Below are positions 1 through 9,845 of a DNA stretch of 64,000 nt, piece after piece; within the stretch, counting starts at the first letter, position 1, and every line of letters starts with the position of its first letter. The notes under the pieces are model-generated. The model searched no databases. It was not told the origin of the DNA and worked only from the letters and a program-made list of their open reading frames with translations. The position numbers and the translations under genes are program-made. This DNA comes from an uncultured Desulfobacter sp. (lineage in GTDB: Bacteria > Desulfobacterota > Desulfobacteria > Desulfobacterales > Desulfobacteraceae), in NCBI GenBank assembly GCA_963665095.1, contig OY762069.1, positions 6,176,001 to 6,240,000 on the forward strand, given 5' to 3'.

Positions 1-761
1 TTCTGCCCCGGATAGGTGCCGGCCGGAATCACATACCGGTTCCAGATGGGGTATTTTGCATCAATGGTATTAAGCTGGTCGTCTGTGAAATCAAGGACTT
101 TCATTTTTTTGTCACCCATCTGGGCAAACAGCTGGGTAATGGCGGCAGCAGGAACGCCGGCCGGGATGTTGCAGCCAAGGATGCGCTTGTCCATCATGGC
201 CTGGGCACTGGGGGTGTATCCCAAATATTCCAGTATCATATCCTTTTCAGGGTCAATGCCCAGCGCAGCAAGGATGGTTCTGCCGGAGCCTTCGGTGCCG
301 GAACCCCGTTTGCCAATGGAAAATTTTTCGCCCTGGATCTGGCCCAGGTCTGAAATGGTGCCGGTTTTAAGCGCCTTGGCGCTCAGGGCAAAGTGCTCCA
401 CATTTTCCCAGAGCATGGTGATGGAGCGAAAATCCGTAACAGGCTTGCCTTCATAAGGTCCCATGCCCTTATATGCATTCAGCCCGAAAAGGGACTGCAG
501 AATGGCCAGCTGGGCTTCCTTTTTCTTGAGCATCTGGATGTTCTCCCCGGAACCGGCGGAATTGATGGCTGTCACCGTGATCTGATGGCTTTTGGCCAGC
601 TTGATACTCGCAAGTGTGCCAATGGCAACCCCCACGGGATAATAGGTCCCACCAGTGGTGGCGGTGGCAAGGATCAGGCTTTCTCCGGCGGTCAGGGCCG
701 GGACATTGAAAGCAACTGCCATACACAGGGCGATCATCGAAATCCACAATTTTTTCAACAT
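1..761 (-). CDS. TAXI-family TRAP transporter solute-binding protein (runs off the left edge)
   Basis: Not in the ORF track. Manual translation from ATG 761 (SD AAGGAGG upstream): MLKKLWISMIALCMAVAFNVPALTAGESLILATATTGGTYYPVGVAIG...SAGSGENIQML...GKRGSGTEGS. Signal peptide plus the GGTYY and GSxEN TAXI motifs. Confidence 0.88.
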   Translation of the reverse strand, partial: MLKKLWISMIALCMAVAFNVPALTAGESLILATATTGGTYYPVGVAIGTLASIKLAKSHQITVTAINSAGSGENIQMLKKKEAQLAILQSLFGLNAYKGMGPYEGKPVTDFRSITMLWENVEHFALSAKALKTGTISDLGQIQGEKFSIGKRGSGTEGSGRTILAALGIDPEKDMILEYLGYTPSAQAMMDKRILGCNIPAGVPAAAITQLFAQMGDKKMKVLDFTDDQLNTIDAKYPIWNRYVIPAGTYPGQ

Positions 762-925
762 TTTAACCTCCTTCACACGTTTTGGGTATTGAAGTTAACT
801 ATTAGCCAAGTCTTTACTCAGCCTTCTTTTTTATGCTATTTCAAAACAAAAGTCAGATGTCAGACAACTGATTTACTAATCTGAACTTTTTGTGTTTGTC
901 AACAAAATTTATATCTGGATTGAAA

Positions 926-2212
926 ATGAGATACCCGGCATACCTTGAAGAAAAATTTAATTTCCCCGAATTTTACCGGGTTAGACTGGCCCCCCCCTCC
1001 ATGGCACTATCGGATCCGGCCGGCACCTTAAACGCGCAACTGGTCTTGGCCCTGGATCAGGCAGGGGTTGAACCCGGGCAGACCGTGGCCATTGGTGTGG
1101 GAAGCCGGGGTATCAACAGAATTCCGGAGCTTGTGGCGCAAATCTGCCGGAGCATCAGGGCAATGGGTGCCGATCCCGTGATCATCCCGGCCATGGGAAG
1201 CCACGGCAGTGCCACCCCTGAAGGCCAGGAAAAGACCCTTGCCAAACTCGGCATCACGTCAGGTGTCTGTGACGCCCCGGTTGAACCGGACATGGCCGCT
1301 GTCCAGGTTGGCACCGTGTTTGACAATGTCCCTGTCTATTTTTCAAAAAAAGCACTGCAGGCCGATCACAGCATCTGCATCAACCGCATCAAACCCCACA
1401 CCAAATTCAAAGGAAGTGTGGAGAGCGGGCTTTATAAAATGCTTGTGGTGGGCATGGGGAAACATACCGGGGCGCTTACCTACCATAATTTCGCACTGAA
1501 GCATGGATTTTATAAGTTGCTCAGGGTCATGGGTGACACCGTGATTGAGAAGACGAATTTTCGGCTGGGCATTGGTGTGGTGGAGGACGCCTATGATCAG
1601 GTAATGAATATTGAGGTGATTCCGGCAGCTCAGATCCGTGCCAGGGAACCCGGCCTTTTGGCCCAGGCCAAGTCCCATTTCCCCAGCCTGCCTTATAAAG
1701 AGCTGGATCTTCTGGTGGTTCAGCAGATCGGAAAGGAGATTTCAGGCTCGGGCATGGATCCCAATGTCACGGGCCGCACCTGTGATCTGATGGAAGATGA
1801 TTTTTCTAAAAGTCTTGATGTTAAGCGGGTGGTGATTCTGGGGCTTTCTCCAAACACCGCAGGCAATGCCATTGGTCTTGGCAATGCAGACATTATCACT
1901 GAAAAGGTGTTTGCGGGCATGGATTACCAGGCCACCCTCATGAATGCCCTGACTTCCATGTCCTTAAAAAAAGCATCCATTCCCATCCGGCTGCCCAGCG
2001 AAGAAAAAGCCATCCAGGCGGGATTTTTAACCATCGGCCCTGTGGCGGCTGAAGATGTGAGGGCCGTTATTATCAAAGATACCATGCACACCACTGATTT
2101 TTTGGTGAGTGCCGGCCTGGTTGCTGAGACAGAAAAATTGCCCCATCTCAAGGAGATAACGCCTTGTCCCGTCAATTTTCTTCCCTCCGGTGAATTACTG
2201 CCCTGGCCATAA
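926..2212 (+). CDS. LarA-like (DUF2088 / lactate racemase N-terminal domain) protein
   Basis: Motifs VAIGVGSRGI, IIPAMGSHG, INRIKPHT, ESGLYKMLVVGMGK, GKEISGSGMDPNV. ATG 926 preferred over TTG 890. Confidence 0.7.
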   Translation: MRYPAYLEEKFNFPEFYRVRLAPPSMALSDPAGTLNAQLVLALDQAGVEPGQTVAIGVGSRGINRIPELVAQICRSIRAMGADPVIIPAMGSHGSATPEGQEKTLAKLGITSGVCDAPVEPDMAAVQVGTVFDNVPVYFSKKALQADHSICINRIKPHTKFKGSVESGLYKMLVVGMGKHTGALTYHNFALKHGFYKLLRVMGDTVIEKTNFRLGIGVVEDAYDQVMNIEVIPAAQIRAREPGLLAQAKSHFPSLPYKELDLLVVQQIGKEISGSGMDPNVTGRTCDLMEDDFSKSLDVKRVVILGLSPNTAGNAIGLGNADIITEKVFAGMDYQATLMNALTSMSLKKASIPIRLPSEEKAIQAGFLTIGPVAAEDVRAVIIKDTMHTTDFLVSAGLVAETEKLPHLKEITPCPVNFLPSGELLPWP

Positions 2213-2347
2213 CCCTGACAGCCCCGCAGAATACCTGTGAATCCGGATTCCAGAACCTGTTTAAAATTTTTTTGAGGGTGATTCACACAGGCAATTATGA
2301 TAGAACAGGTGTGCGTTAACATGCATGATTTTTAAAGAGGAATACCA

Positions 2348-3391
2348 ATGTCCGGCACGCCACGCATCAACCGTTTTTTATTTGCCCTGACTCTTATTTC
2401 AGGAATAGTTCTATTTGCAGCCACAACTTTATCTGCAAGAGAAGCGTATCTTTTTACCGGCCGGACAATGGGCACCACCTATGCCATTCAGATCGTCTCT
2501 GCCAAACCATTGTTAAAATCATTATGGCAGGAAAAAATTGATCTGCGCCTGAAGCAGGTAAACGCCTGCCTCTCCATGTATCAGAAAGACAGTGAACTCT
2601 CCCGGTTTAATGTCCTCCCGGCTGACAGGCCTTTTACCGCCTCCCCGGACTTTTATCAGGTACTGGCCCAGTGCAAAGACCTTTATACCCTGACCCAGGG
2701 CGCCTGGGACGGCACTGTCAAACCCCTGGTGGATCTTTGGGGCTTCGGTACCAAAGGGCGCAGAACAACGCCTCCGGAGGCTGTCGAGATCGCTTCAGCC
2801 CTGGCACGCACCGGATTTGACAAACTTGACCTCTCAGGGCATACCCTGACCAAAACAACACCGGGGGTTACCCTGGATTTAGGCTCCATTGCCAAAGGGT
2901 TTGGTGTGGATGCGGTTGCCCGCCTGATCCATGACAGCGGGATTAAAAACTATCTTGTGGAGATTGGCGGAGAACTTGCGGGCCGGGGTAGAAACAGACA
3001 CAGAAAAGTCTGGACCGTGGGGATTTCAAAACCGGAAAAGGGCCAGCTATCTCCCGGGTTGTGTGATCGGCTTCACCTGGACAATATGGCCATTGCCACC
3101 AGCGGCAATTACAGAAACTATTTTGAAAAACAGGGCCAGGTATTCTCCCATATTATCCATCCCAAGACTGGATACCCTGTTAAAAATATCGTGATATCAG
3201 CTTCTGTCATTGCAGAGAACTGCACAAGGGCTGACGGGCTTGCCACTGCGTTGATGGTCATGGACCCGGACCACTCCCTGGACCTGATCAACGGCCTTGA
3301 AAATACCGAATGCCTGATTATTCGCCAGGACAACGGCAAGCGAACAGTATTGCGATCCTCTGGTTTTAAAACCTATGAAATGGGTCTGTAG
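2348..3391 (+). CDS. apbE: FAD:protein FMN transferase
   Basis: TMGTTY, DSELSRFN, LDLGSIAKGFGVD, EIGGE, ATSGNYRNYF, HIIHPKTG, ADGLATAL motifs; N-terminal signal-like segment. Confidence 0.92.
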   Translation: MSGTPRINRFLFALTLISGIVLFAATTLSAREAYLFTGRTMGTTYAIQIVSAKPLLKSLWQEKIDLRLKQVNACLSMYQKDSELSRFNVLPADRPFTASPDFYQVLAQCKDLYTLTQGAWDGTVKPLVDLWGFGTKGRRTTPPEAVEIASALARTGFDKLDLSGHTLTKTTPGVTLDLGSIAKGFGVDAVARLIHDSGIKNYLVEIGGELAGRGRNRHRKVWTVGISKPEKGQLSPGLCDRLHLDNMAIATSGNYRNYFEKQGQVFSHIIHPKTGYPVKNIVISASVIAENCTRADGLATALMVMDPDHSLDLINGLENTECLIIRQDNGKRTVLRSSGFKTYEMGL

Positions 3392-3730
3392 ACGCGCGTC
3401 ATGACCCATGGTGGCGGCTAAATAATAATTTGTCTTATAGGGTGGCTTTTACTATATTGGCAAAAAAATATCCAATTTGTTAAAAAAATTAAATAGTTGC
3501 GGAGTTGAAAGCCTGGATTAAGACATTTGAAAAAATGCTGGCAGACTTTCCAAAACTCTGGTTGCCGTCATTTGCGTTTGCTTTGGCCCGAATTGTCCTT
3601 CTGATTCCCTCCCCCCTGATTCCTGTGCTGTGTTTTGAGGTGGTATCCATGTTAATTTAACCCCTTTGCCAACGGGTCTGTGGGTAGAGTTATGAAAACA
3701 AATAACCATGAACAGCTTTTAAAGTACCAA

Positions 3731-5533
3731 TCAGGCGTACATGTCATCAATGAGGTCATTGTTGTTTTCAATGACTTTAAAGCGTTTCAGCTTTTGCAAA
3801 GCTGTGAGTTCTCCGTTTTCCTCGGTCAACGGTTCAGCGAGAATGGAGAATTTTTTTATCTGCTCCACCCTTGAAAATTTTTCATTTACCCGGGCAACAT
3901 GGGTATCTATTTCACGGGCGACAAGATCAAGTTCCAAAAGATCGGTATAGGTATCCACCTGCTCTCCCCGGTTGCCGGCCCAGGCTTTGCCGCCCTCAAG
4001 ACTTAAGGCCAGAAGCGCTGTGAGATATTTTTTGCCTTCCCCTACGACTACTGCATGTTCGATCAAAGGCGATCTCATCAGTTCCCCTTCTATTTTGGCC
4101 GGGGTGATGTTTTTGGCGCCGGAAGTGATGATGATGTCCTTTTTTCTGCCGGTGATAAACAGATATCCCTGTGAATCAATGAACCCTACATCTCCGGTAT
4201 AAAGCCATCCGTCTTTGAAGGTGGTTTCGTTGAGTTCAGGCTCATTATGGTACCCCGGAGAAACCATGTCGCTTTTGATCAGGATCTCACCGTCATCAGC
4301 GATTTTCACTTCTGAAAAAGGAAAGGCTTTGCCCACTGAGCCGAATTTAAGAAAATCCCTGGTTTCAGCAGATCCCATGCCCAGGGATTCGGTCTGGCCG
4401 TACACCTGGCAGATCCAGATGCCAATGGAGAAGAAAAAATCAATGACCTTCCTGGAAGAGACCGCTCCGCCGGTCATGATATGTCTGGCATCCTTAAAAC
4501 AGCCAAGTACGTCCAGCACCCTTGCAATCACCATGTCATAGGCTTTTTCGTACTCTTCTTTAAGCTGCGGGGATATGGCGGTCTTCTCATAAAGATGCAT
4601 ATTGTAGGTTTTGCCGGTACTAATAGCCTGGTCAAACACTTCCTGTTGTGCAGCAGGCATTTGGGCTTTGTAGGCCATAATGCCCTCATACATTTTTTCC
4701 CAGATTCTTGGCAGGGCCACCAGAATGGTTGGCTGTATCTGCTTTAAATCTTCCATGGCATTGCTCAGATCGCCGAAATAAACGCATGCCCCGGTTGAAA
4801 GGGGGGCGGTCATTGACAAATTGCGTTCAAAAACATGTGCCAAGGTTAAAAAGCAGATATGTTTAATCCGGGGGATGGTGGTGTCTTCCGTTAAAAATTT
4901 CTGCCAAAGGGAAACACTTTGAGCAGTTGCAAAATAATTTTTCTGGCTGAGAATCACCGCCTTAGGGTTGCCTGTGGTACCGGAGGTGTAAATATAGGTG
5001 GCAGCCATGTTTTCGGTGACACTGTTGCGGCATTGGGTTAATTCATCATCTGTGACGTTTTCGCATAATCTTTCAAATGAAGGCAGATCCGTAAGCATAT
5101 CGATGTCTGAAGGGGCGCTTCCATTCAGCAACACCACCTTTTCCAGGCCGGGCATTTTACTGATCACAGGCTCAATTCTCTGGAAATAGCTGATATCATC
5201 AACAAACAAAAGCCTTGCCCCGGAATGATTCACAATATAGGCGATCTGGTCACCACTGCTTGTAATATATATAGGCGCAACCACGGCACCCATGGTCATT
5301 GCAGACATATCAGTCACAAACCATTTGGGGGAACCCGGGCCGATCAAAGATATTTTGTCGCCTTGTTTTATGCCGTAGCCCATCAGGGCCTTAGATAAAC
5401 GGTTGATTTTGCGGCCATAGTCGCGCCAGGTCATTTCCTGCCAGGCCCCGTTTTCTTCCCGGAATTTTAAATAAACCTGATCCGGTGTGTCCTGAACCCG
5501 TTTGTCCAAAAGTGAACCCAGTGTTTTTTCCAT
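3731..5533 (-). CDS. Long-chain acyl-CoA synthetase (AMP-forming, FadD15-like)
   Basis: YTSGTTGNPK, VYGQTES, WLYTGDVG, TGRKKDIIITSGAKNITP, ELTALQKLKR. Confidence 0.9.
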   Translation of the reverse strand: MEKTLGSLLDKRVQDTPDQVYLKFREENGAWQEMTWRDYGRKINRLSKALMGYGIKQGDKISLIGPGSPKWFVTDMSAMTMGAVVAPIYITSSGDQIAYIVNHSGARLLFVDDISYFQRIEPVISKMPGLEKVVLLNGSAPSDIDMLTDLPSFERLCENVTDDELTQCRNSVTENMAATYIYTSGTTGNPKAVILSQKNYFATAQSVSLWQKFLTEDTTIPRIKHICFLTLAHVFERNLSMTAPLSTGACVYFGDLSNAMEDLKQIQPTILVALPRIWEKMYEGIMAYKAQMPAAQQEVFDQAISTGKTYNMHLYEKTAISPQLKEEYEKAYDMVIARVLDVLGCFKDARHIMTGGAVSSRKVIDFFFSIGIWICQVYGQTESLGMGSAETRDFLKFGSVGKAFPFSEVKIADDGEILIKSDMVSPGYHNEPELNETTFKDGWLYTGDVGFIDSQGYLFITGRKKDIIITSGAKNITPAKIEGELMRSPLIEHAVVVGEGKKYLTALLALSLEGGKAWAGNRGEQVDTYTDLLELDLVAREIDTHVARVNEKFSRVEQIKKFSILAEPLTEENGELTALQKLKRFKVIENNNDLIDDMYA

Positions 5534-5634
5534 AGTATCCCCCTTTATTGTCTAAATATGTCAGATTTTCATTTGATTTCCATAACAGGATCCGTCAGCC
5601 GGCCTTGCTTCACCATGCAGCCTCCAGGGTACCA

Positions 5635-5690
5635 ATAGTGAATATTATCTTAACGCAACTATAAAAAACAAAATCAGTAGTGAATACTAT
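5635..5690. promoter_or_regulatory. Two imperfect palindromic operator sites (ATAGTGAATATTAT 5635-5648; GTAGTGAATACTAT 5677-5690) upstream of the acyl-CoA synthetase
   Basis: The same motif recurs at 15713-15726 and 15851-15864. A minus-strand TTGACA (-35) lies at 5728-5733. Confidence 0.6.
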
Positions 5691-5996
5691 TCTTTTTCTA
5701 AAAACCACTATTTCTATTTTGATTATTTGTCAAGCTTTTTTTTAAAACTTCGCTTTTTGCCGCCTTTTTAAAATCATACCCACACTGGTATCAATGCCCT
5801 GGTCAGGGCCAATGCATGTAAAAACTAAGCTTAATCCCCAGTAATCTTTACTCCCCTCCCCCCAACGTGCTTCCTCGCTATCGGGATCGCTGTTGCTATC
5901 GAAAATATTTCAGTGCGCGGCACTGAAAACGAATATCCCGGAATTCATTCCCCCCCATTCCCCAAAGCCCCGGCATTAAAAGCCTTGGTTCAACCC

Positions 5997-6286
5997 GTTC
6001 CGGGTCGTGCACCTGCCGTTCGCTGAAATCCGTTTGCAGAATACCTAATTTGTATAGTTAAACGGCAAAAACTGCGGTCCAGTAGGTCCTCAAACAGGTG
6101 TAAGCATAGCTTCTCTTCGAGCGCCGTTCTTAACACTACGCGGCATTAAGAATTTGTAACAAACGAATTCCTGATGCTCTCTTGCAGGCACACGATTCTC
6201 CACTGGAAGATGGAAACAATATCACAGAAAATAAATATGCCATTGTCTTGGAAGTTGCCGGGGAGGCCTTAGGTGGGCTATTGTAG
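5997..6286 (+). repeat. Left copy of a ~105-bp imperfect direct repeat, interrupted by a 180-bp extra segment
   Basis: 5997-6025 and 6203-6286 align with 14648-14756, e.g. the shared CTGGAAGATGGAAACAATATCACAGAAAATAAATATGCCATTG. Confidence 0.85.
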
Positions 6287-6682
6287 ATCACGGTGAGAAT
6301 TGAAATTATCCCCGCAATATATCTACTATTGAATGCTGTTTTGAAATAGGCCTGGGGGGAGGATAAATAGGCAAAAGGCTCGCTTTCTCAGATGTCCACC
6401 AGAGGCAGGAGTATATATATAATTGATTCTTGAGAGTTGGGCCGAACCACAAGATATGGTATCTGAATTCAAATTGGGAACCTGGGCTTTAATACCATTA
6501 TGTTGCGAGCTGGCCTAACATGTTAAATTTAAAGGCGATTTTAGCTACCCATATTGCAAATCAATATTGCATTAAAATTCAACATGTTAACCCTCCTTTT
6601 TAAAATTTTAAAAATCAGTGGCAACATAATTTTTTGTTTTACTACATACCCCTCCAAAGATAGCAAAAGCTGCTTCAGTGGT

Positions 6683-7702
6683 TCATAAACTGTCAAGCCA
6701 GGCAAGGATTTCAGCACTATTTCCCCAGTCGATTAACTCATCAATTTTTTTGTCATGAGTTATTTTCGATTGCATGTATTCCATGAGCGTATTTTGGACT
6801 TCCCGTTTTTTTGACAGATCCAGCTGCAGATAGGTCATTGTTGATTCAATACTTTGATGACCAAGACGATTTTTGATATCCGATACCGGAGCACCTGAAC
6901 TGACCATGTTGACTGCGCACGAATGCCTGAAGCAGTGAGCCGGGCTCAGTCCTTTCAGCCTTTTTTCCGGCAAGGCCAAGGTCAAATATTTCCTGCAAAT
7001 CTTATTTATTCCGTGCCGAGTCATTTCCCGCTTCCGTTGATTGATAAACAGCCTATGGGCAAATAAAGGGATGGGATCTACCCTGTGATTGCTGATATAG
7101 TCCGAGATCAACGAGGCTGTTCTGGAGCATAGATTAATCAACCGGTATCGGTTTCCCTTTCCCAGGACCGCAATGGTTTCGTTTTCAGGATCAAAATAAT
7201 CAAATTCCAATGTGGCAATTTCACTGGCCCGGGCACCGGAGTCATAAAGCAGATGGAGAATGGTAAAGTCCCTCATGCCTTCTTTCTTTTTCAGATCTAC
7301 GGCACTAAAGACTTTCATGATTTCTTCGGGATATAAAAACCCCATCACCTTTTTTTGAGCTCTTTTCTGAGGGATGTTCAGGAGGCTCTCGGCAATTCTT
7401 TTTTTATCCGGATGCATGAAGCGGATCATCTTAGCCAAAGACTTGATCACAGCCAGGCGTTGGTTTCGAGTCTGCACGCTATTTTTTCGATTTTTTTCCA
7501 GATGCTGGAGAAAGGCAAGCACTGCATCCACCGTTAAGTGTTCTATTTTCAATGACTTGATTTTTATTGAGTGATGATTCGCCAAAAAATGCAGGAATAA
7601 AGACAGGCTCTGCCGGTAAGCTTGAACACTTTGTTTGCTCGTCCCTTTTATCGAGGGCAAGTATTCATAAAAATACTGGTGCAGGCAACTTGTCAATCTC
7701 AT
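6683..7702 (-). CDS. Tyrosine recombinase, RitC-like (third of trio)
   Basis: N-terminal SAM-like domain (YRQSLSLFL, RNQRLAVIKS); SGARASE, LGKGNRYR, HCFRHS, LGHQSIESTMTY. Confidence 0.92.
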   Translation of the reverse strand: MRLTSCLHQYFYEYLPSIKGTSKQSVQAYRQSLSLFLHFLANHHSIKIKSLKIEHLTVDAVLAFLQHLEKNRKNSVQTRNQRLAVIKSLAKMIRFMHPDKKRIAESLLNIPQKRAQKKVMGFLYPEEIMKVFSAVDLKKKEGMRDFTILHLLYDSGARASEIATLEFDYFDPENETIAVLGKGNRYRLINLCSRTASLISDYISNHRVDPIPLFAHRLFINQRKREMTRHGINKICRKYLTLALPEKRLKGLSPAHCFRHSCAVNMVSSGAPVSDIKNRLGHQSIESTMTYLQLDLSKKREVQNTLMEYMQSKITHDKKIDELIDWGNSAEILAWLDSL

Positions 7703-8673
7703 GCACCCTCGCTTTTTGATCTCGAGAAATCAAACAGTTGCCGACGGTGCTCAGCATCCAGTACCTTCAAATAATAGGTCGTGTATTTGTATTTGCTGTG
7801 CCCCATATAAGCCGCCAGTACAGGCAGGGCATTTTGGCAGGATTTTCCTCGCTGTTTTATCCTTTTCAGCGTGTTCACAGCAAACGAATGCCGCAGGGAA
7901 TGATGAGAAGGCTGGCTGAAGTTTGTAGTACCGATTATTTTCCTGGAGTGATCAAGATTAATATCTGTGAGTGCCTGTTTAAATCTGCGATTTATAAACA
8001 TACGTACTAGTTTTTTCCCTTTCACCTTTACCAGCAAAAAAGGGCTGTCATCCTCATCAGGGAATAACCGGCGAACTTTTAGCAGGTTGTTGATTTCATG
8101 GGCTACGGCTTTGGGTATAGGGATCAATCGATCTTTTCTAAATTTTGTCTTTTCAATATAGATTGTTCTTTCTTCGGGCCTGTAATGGGTTTTCAATAAA
8201 TTAATGGTCTCCGAGGTTCTAAGTCCGCACCGGGCCATCAACAAAAAGGCAATATAAGCGCTGAAATCTGACACATAGAATCTTTGACTTGTCCGCAGCG
8301 ACTTGACTGCAGCCTTGAGAAAACGGTCAGTTTCTTCCGGAGAAAATATAAAAGGAATAACGAGATTTTCCTGTAGCTCAGTGATTTCCTGTAACGGATT
8401 TTCCAGGATCACATCCTTGCGTATAAGATAATTGAAAAAGATCTTGAGCATTCTAAAAATCGTATTTATGGACCGGGGTTCAAGATCAAGTTCTGCTCTG
8501 AACCGGATAAAAAACAGCGGATCAAAGGATGCCCAAGTCACTTGTTTTTCAGATACATATCGATCAAGCACCCTAAGACCGTATATCATTGAGGTGTTTG
8601 AGTACCCCAGTTGAAAACGATATTCGAGGAAATCCTCCATTGGTTCAGCCAAAAAACTTTTAAAACGTTTCAT
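7699..8673 (-). CDS. Tyrosine recombinase, RitB-like (second of trio)
   Basis: CGLRTSE, KTKFRKDRLIP, HSLRHSFAVNTL, LPVLAAYMGH...TTYYL. Stop overlaps the next start (ATGA); SD GGGAGG. Confidence 0.92.
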   Translation of the reverse strand: MKRFKSFLAEPMEDFLEYRFQLGYSNTSMIYGLRVLDRYVSEKQVTWASFDPLFFIRFRAELDLEPRSINTIFRMLKIFFNYLIRKDVILENPLQEITELQENLVIPFIFSPEETDRFLKAAVKSLRTSQRFYVSDFSAYIAFLLMARCGLRTSETINLLKTHYRPEERTIYIEKTKFRKDRLIPIPKAVAHEINNLLKVRRLFPDEDDSPFLLVKVKGKKLVRMFINRRFKQALTDINLDHSRKIIGTTNFSQPSHHSLRHSFAVNTLKRIKQRGKSCQNALPVLAAYMGHSKYKYTTYYLKVLDAEHRRQLFDFSRSKSEGA

Positions 8674-9547
8674 CAAGAATAACCTCCCGCATCAGGCCGA
8701 TATGAATACTCAGATACTTTTTGGTCGAATCGAGGCTTTTATGTCCCATCATTTCTTTGATTTCATAGATGGACATACCGGATTCCAACATATTCTGGGC
8801 AAACGAATGCCGCAGCCAGTATGTACTTGATCCAAGATTCTTTTTCGTCATGCATTCTTTTATATCTCGGGGGATATCGCTCCTGTTGGCCGGTTTATAA
8901 GGTGGTGTCAACTGTAAAAATAGAACTCGGGATTGGGTTTCAGGTCTCCCGCCCACAATATAGGCAGTGATCGCTTTGATGATGTTGTCGGGAAGGGGAA
9001 GATGGGCAGGATTGCAATTTTTTCTTGAACGGATAAAAATTTCTTTCTGTCTGAATGAGATGTCATCCAGGGTTAGCAACCTGATTTCTTTGGGTCTCAA
9101 TCCCAGGTAATACGCCAGGTGTATGGCGGCATTCGTGCGAAGATCTTTTGCTGTTGATAGACCCAGACTGTCAAACAGTTTTTGAACTTCATGGGAGCGT
9201 AAAAATTTGAGTGGCTTTAGTTGTCCGAACTCCGGAGGGCTTACTATCAAAGGGGCGAGATCTTTTTTGATATATTGTTCCAGATAAAGATATCTCAAAA
9301 ACTGCCTGAGATATGACCGGTTCGATTTAGCGGTCCCTATGGAATAATTGGTATTGTACAGGGCTAAAAATTGATCAACCTTCTGGATGGATATCTCATT
9401 CAGGGGGACGCCTGATTTTTGCAGATAAATATCCAAACCTGTCAATATCCGCTGCATTCCTCTGACGCTTTGCTGACCACGAACTTGATGACTATAATAA
9501 TCCAGATACCGCTGACAGATTTCCGGCAATATATGATCAGGTGTCAT
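8660..9547 (-). CDS. Tyrosine recombinase, RitA-like (first of trio)
   Basis: LRQFLRYLY, LGLRPKE, YWLRHSFA, MGHKSLDSTKKYL; overlaps both neighbours. Confidence 0.9.
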   Translation of the reverse strand: MTPDHILPEICQRYLDYYSHQVRGQQSVRGMQRILTGLDIYLQKSGVPLNEISIQKVDQFLALYNTNYSIGTAKSNRSYLRQFLRYLYLEQYIKKDLAPLIVSPPEFGQLKPLKFLRSHEVQKLFDSLGLSTAKDLRTNAAIHLAYYLGLRPKEIRLLTLDDISFRQKEIFIRSRKNCNPAHLPLPDNIIKAITAYIVGGRPETQSRVLFLQLTPPYKPANRSDIPRDIKECMTKKNLGSSTYWLRHSFAQNMLESGMSIYEIKEMMGHKSLDSTKKYLSIHIGLMREVILDETF

Positions 9548-9845
9548 GACCGGATTCCCTTGCGGTTAAAATCGTCTGCAGATATTTTACGCTGCTGACA
9601 AAATCGGTGTTGCGGCAGATCATTACCATATCGATGGTGTTAAAATTTCTTTCGCATCGAAAGCACCGGCTCAAATTCGTTCTGGGATTAACCGCGGTCT
9701 GGAACTCGTTGCACAAGGGGCACAGAAAACGGAAAACCCCTTCACTGATTTTGGCCGGGATACCCAGCTGTGCTTCGATCAGTACATGAATGGGTATTGA
9801 ATTTCGTAAGTTATAAAGTTCCTTTGAAGAAAATAGTTTGCCCAT
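9537..9845 (-). CDS. Small CHC2-like (primase-type) zinc-finger protein
   Basis: FLCPLCNE...RCFRCERNFNTIDMVM...DFVSSVKYL resembles the DnaG zinc-binding domain; SD GAGG. Confidence 0.75.
   Translation of the reverse strand: MGKLFSSKELYNLRNSIPIHVLIEAQLGIPAKISEGVFRFLCPLCNEFQTAVNPRTNLSRCFRCERNFNTIDMVMICRNTDFVSSVKYLQTILTARESGHDT

Noticed and set aside
2227..2237. GCAGAATACCT shared with 6036-6046
   Set aside because: An 11-bp match with unrelated flanks is expected by chance in 64 kb.
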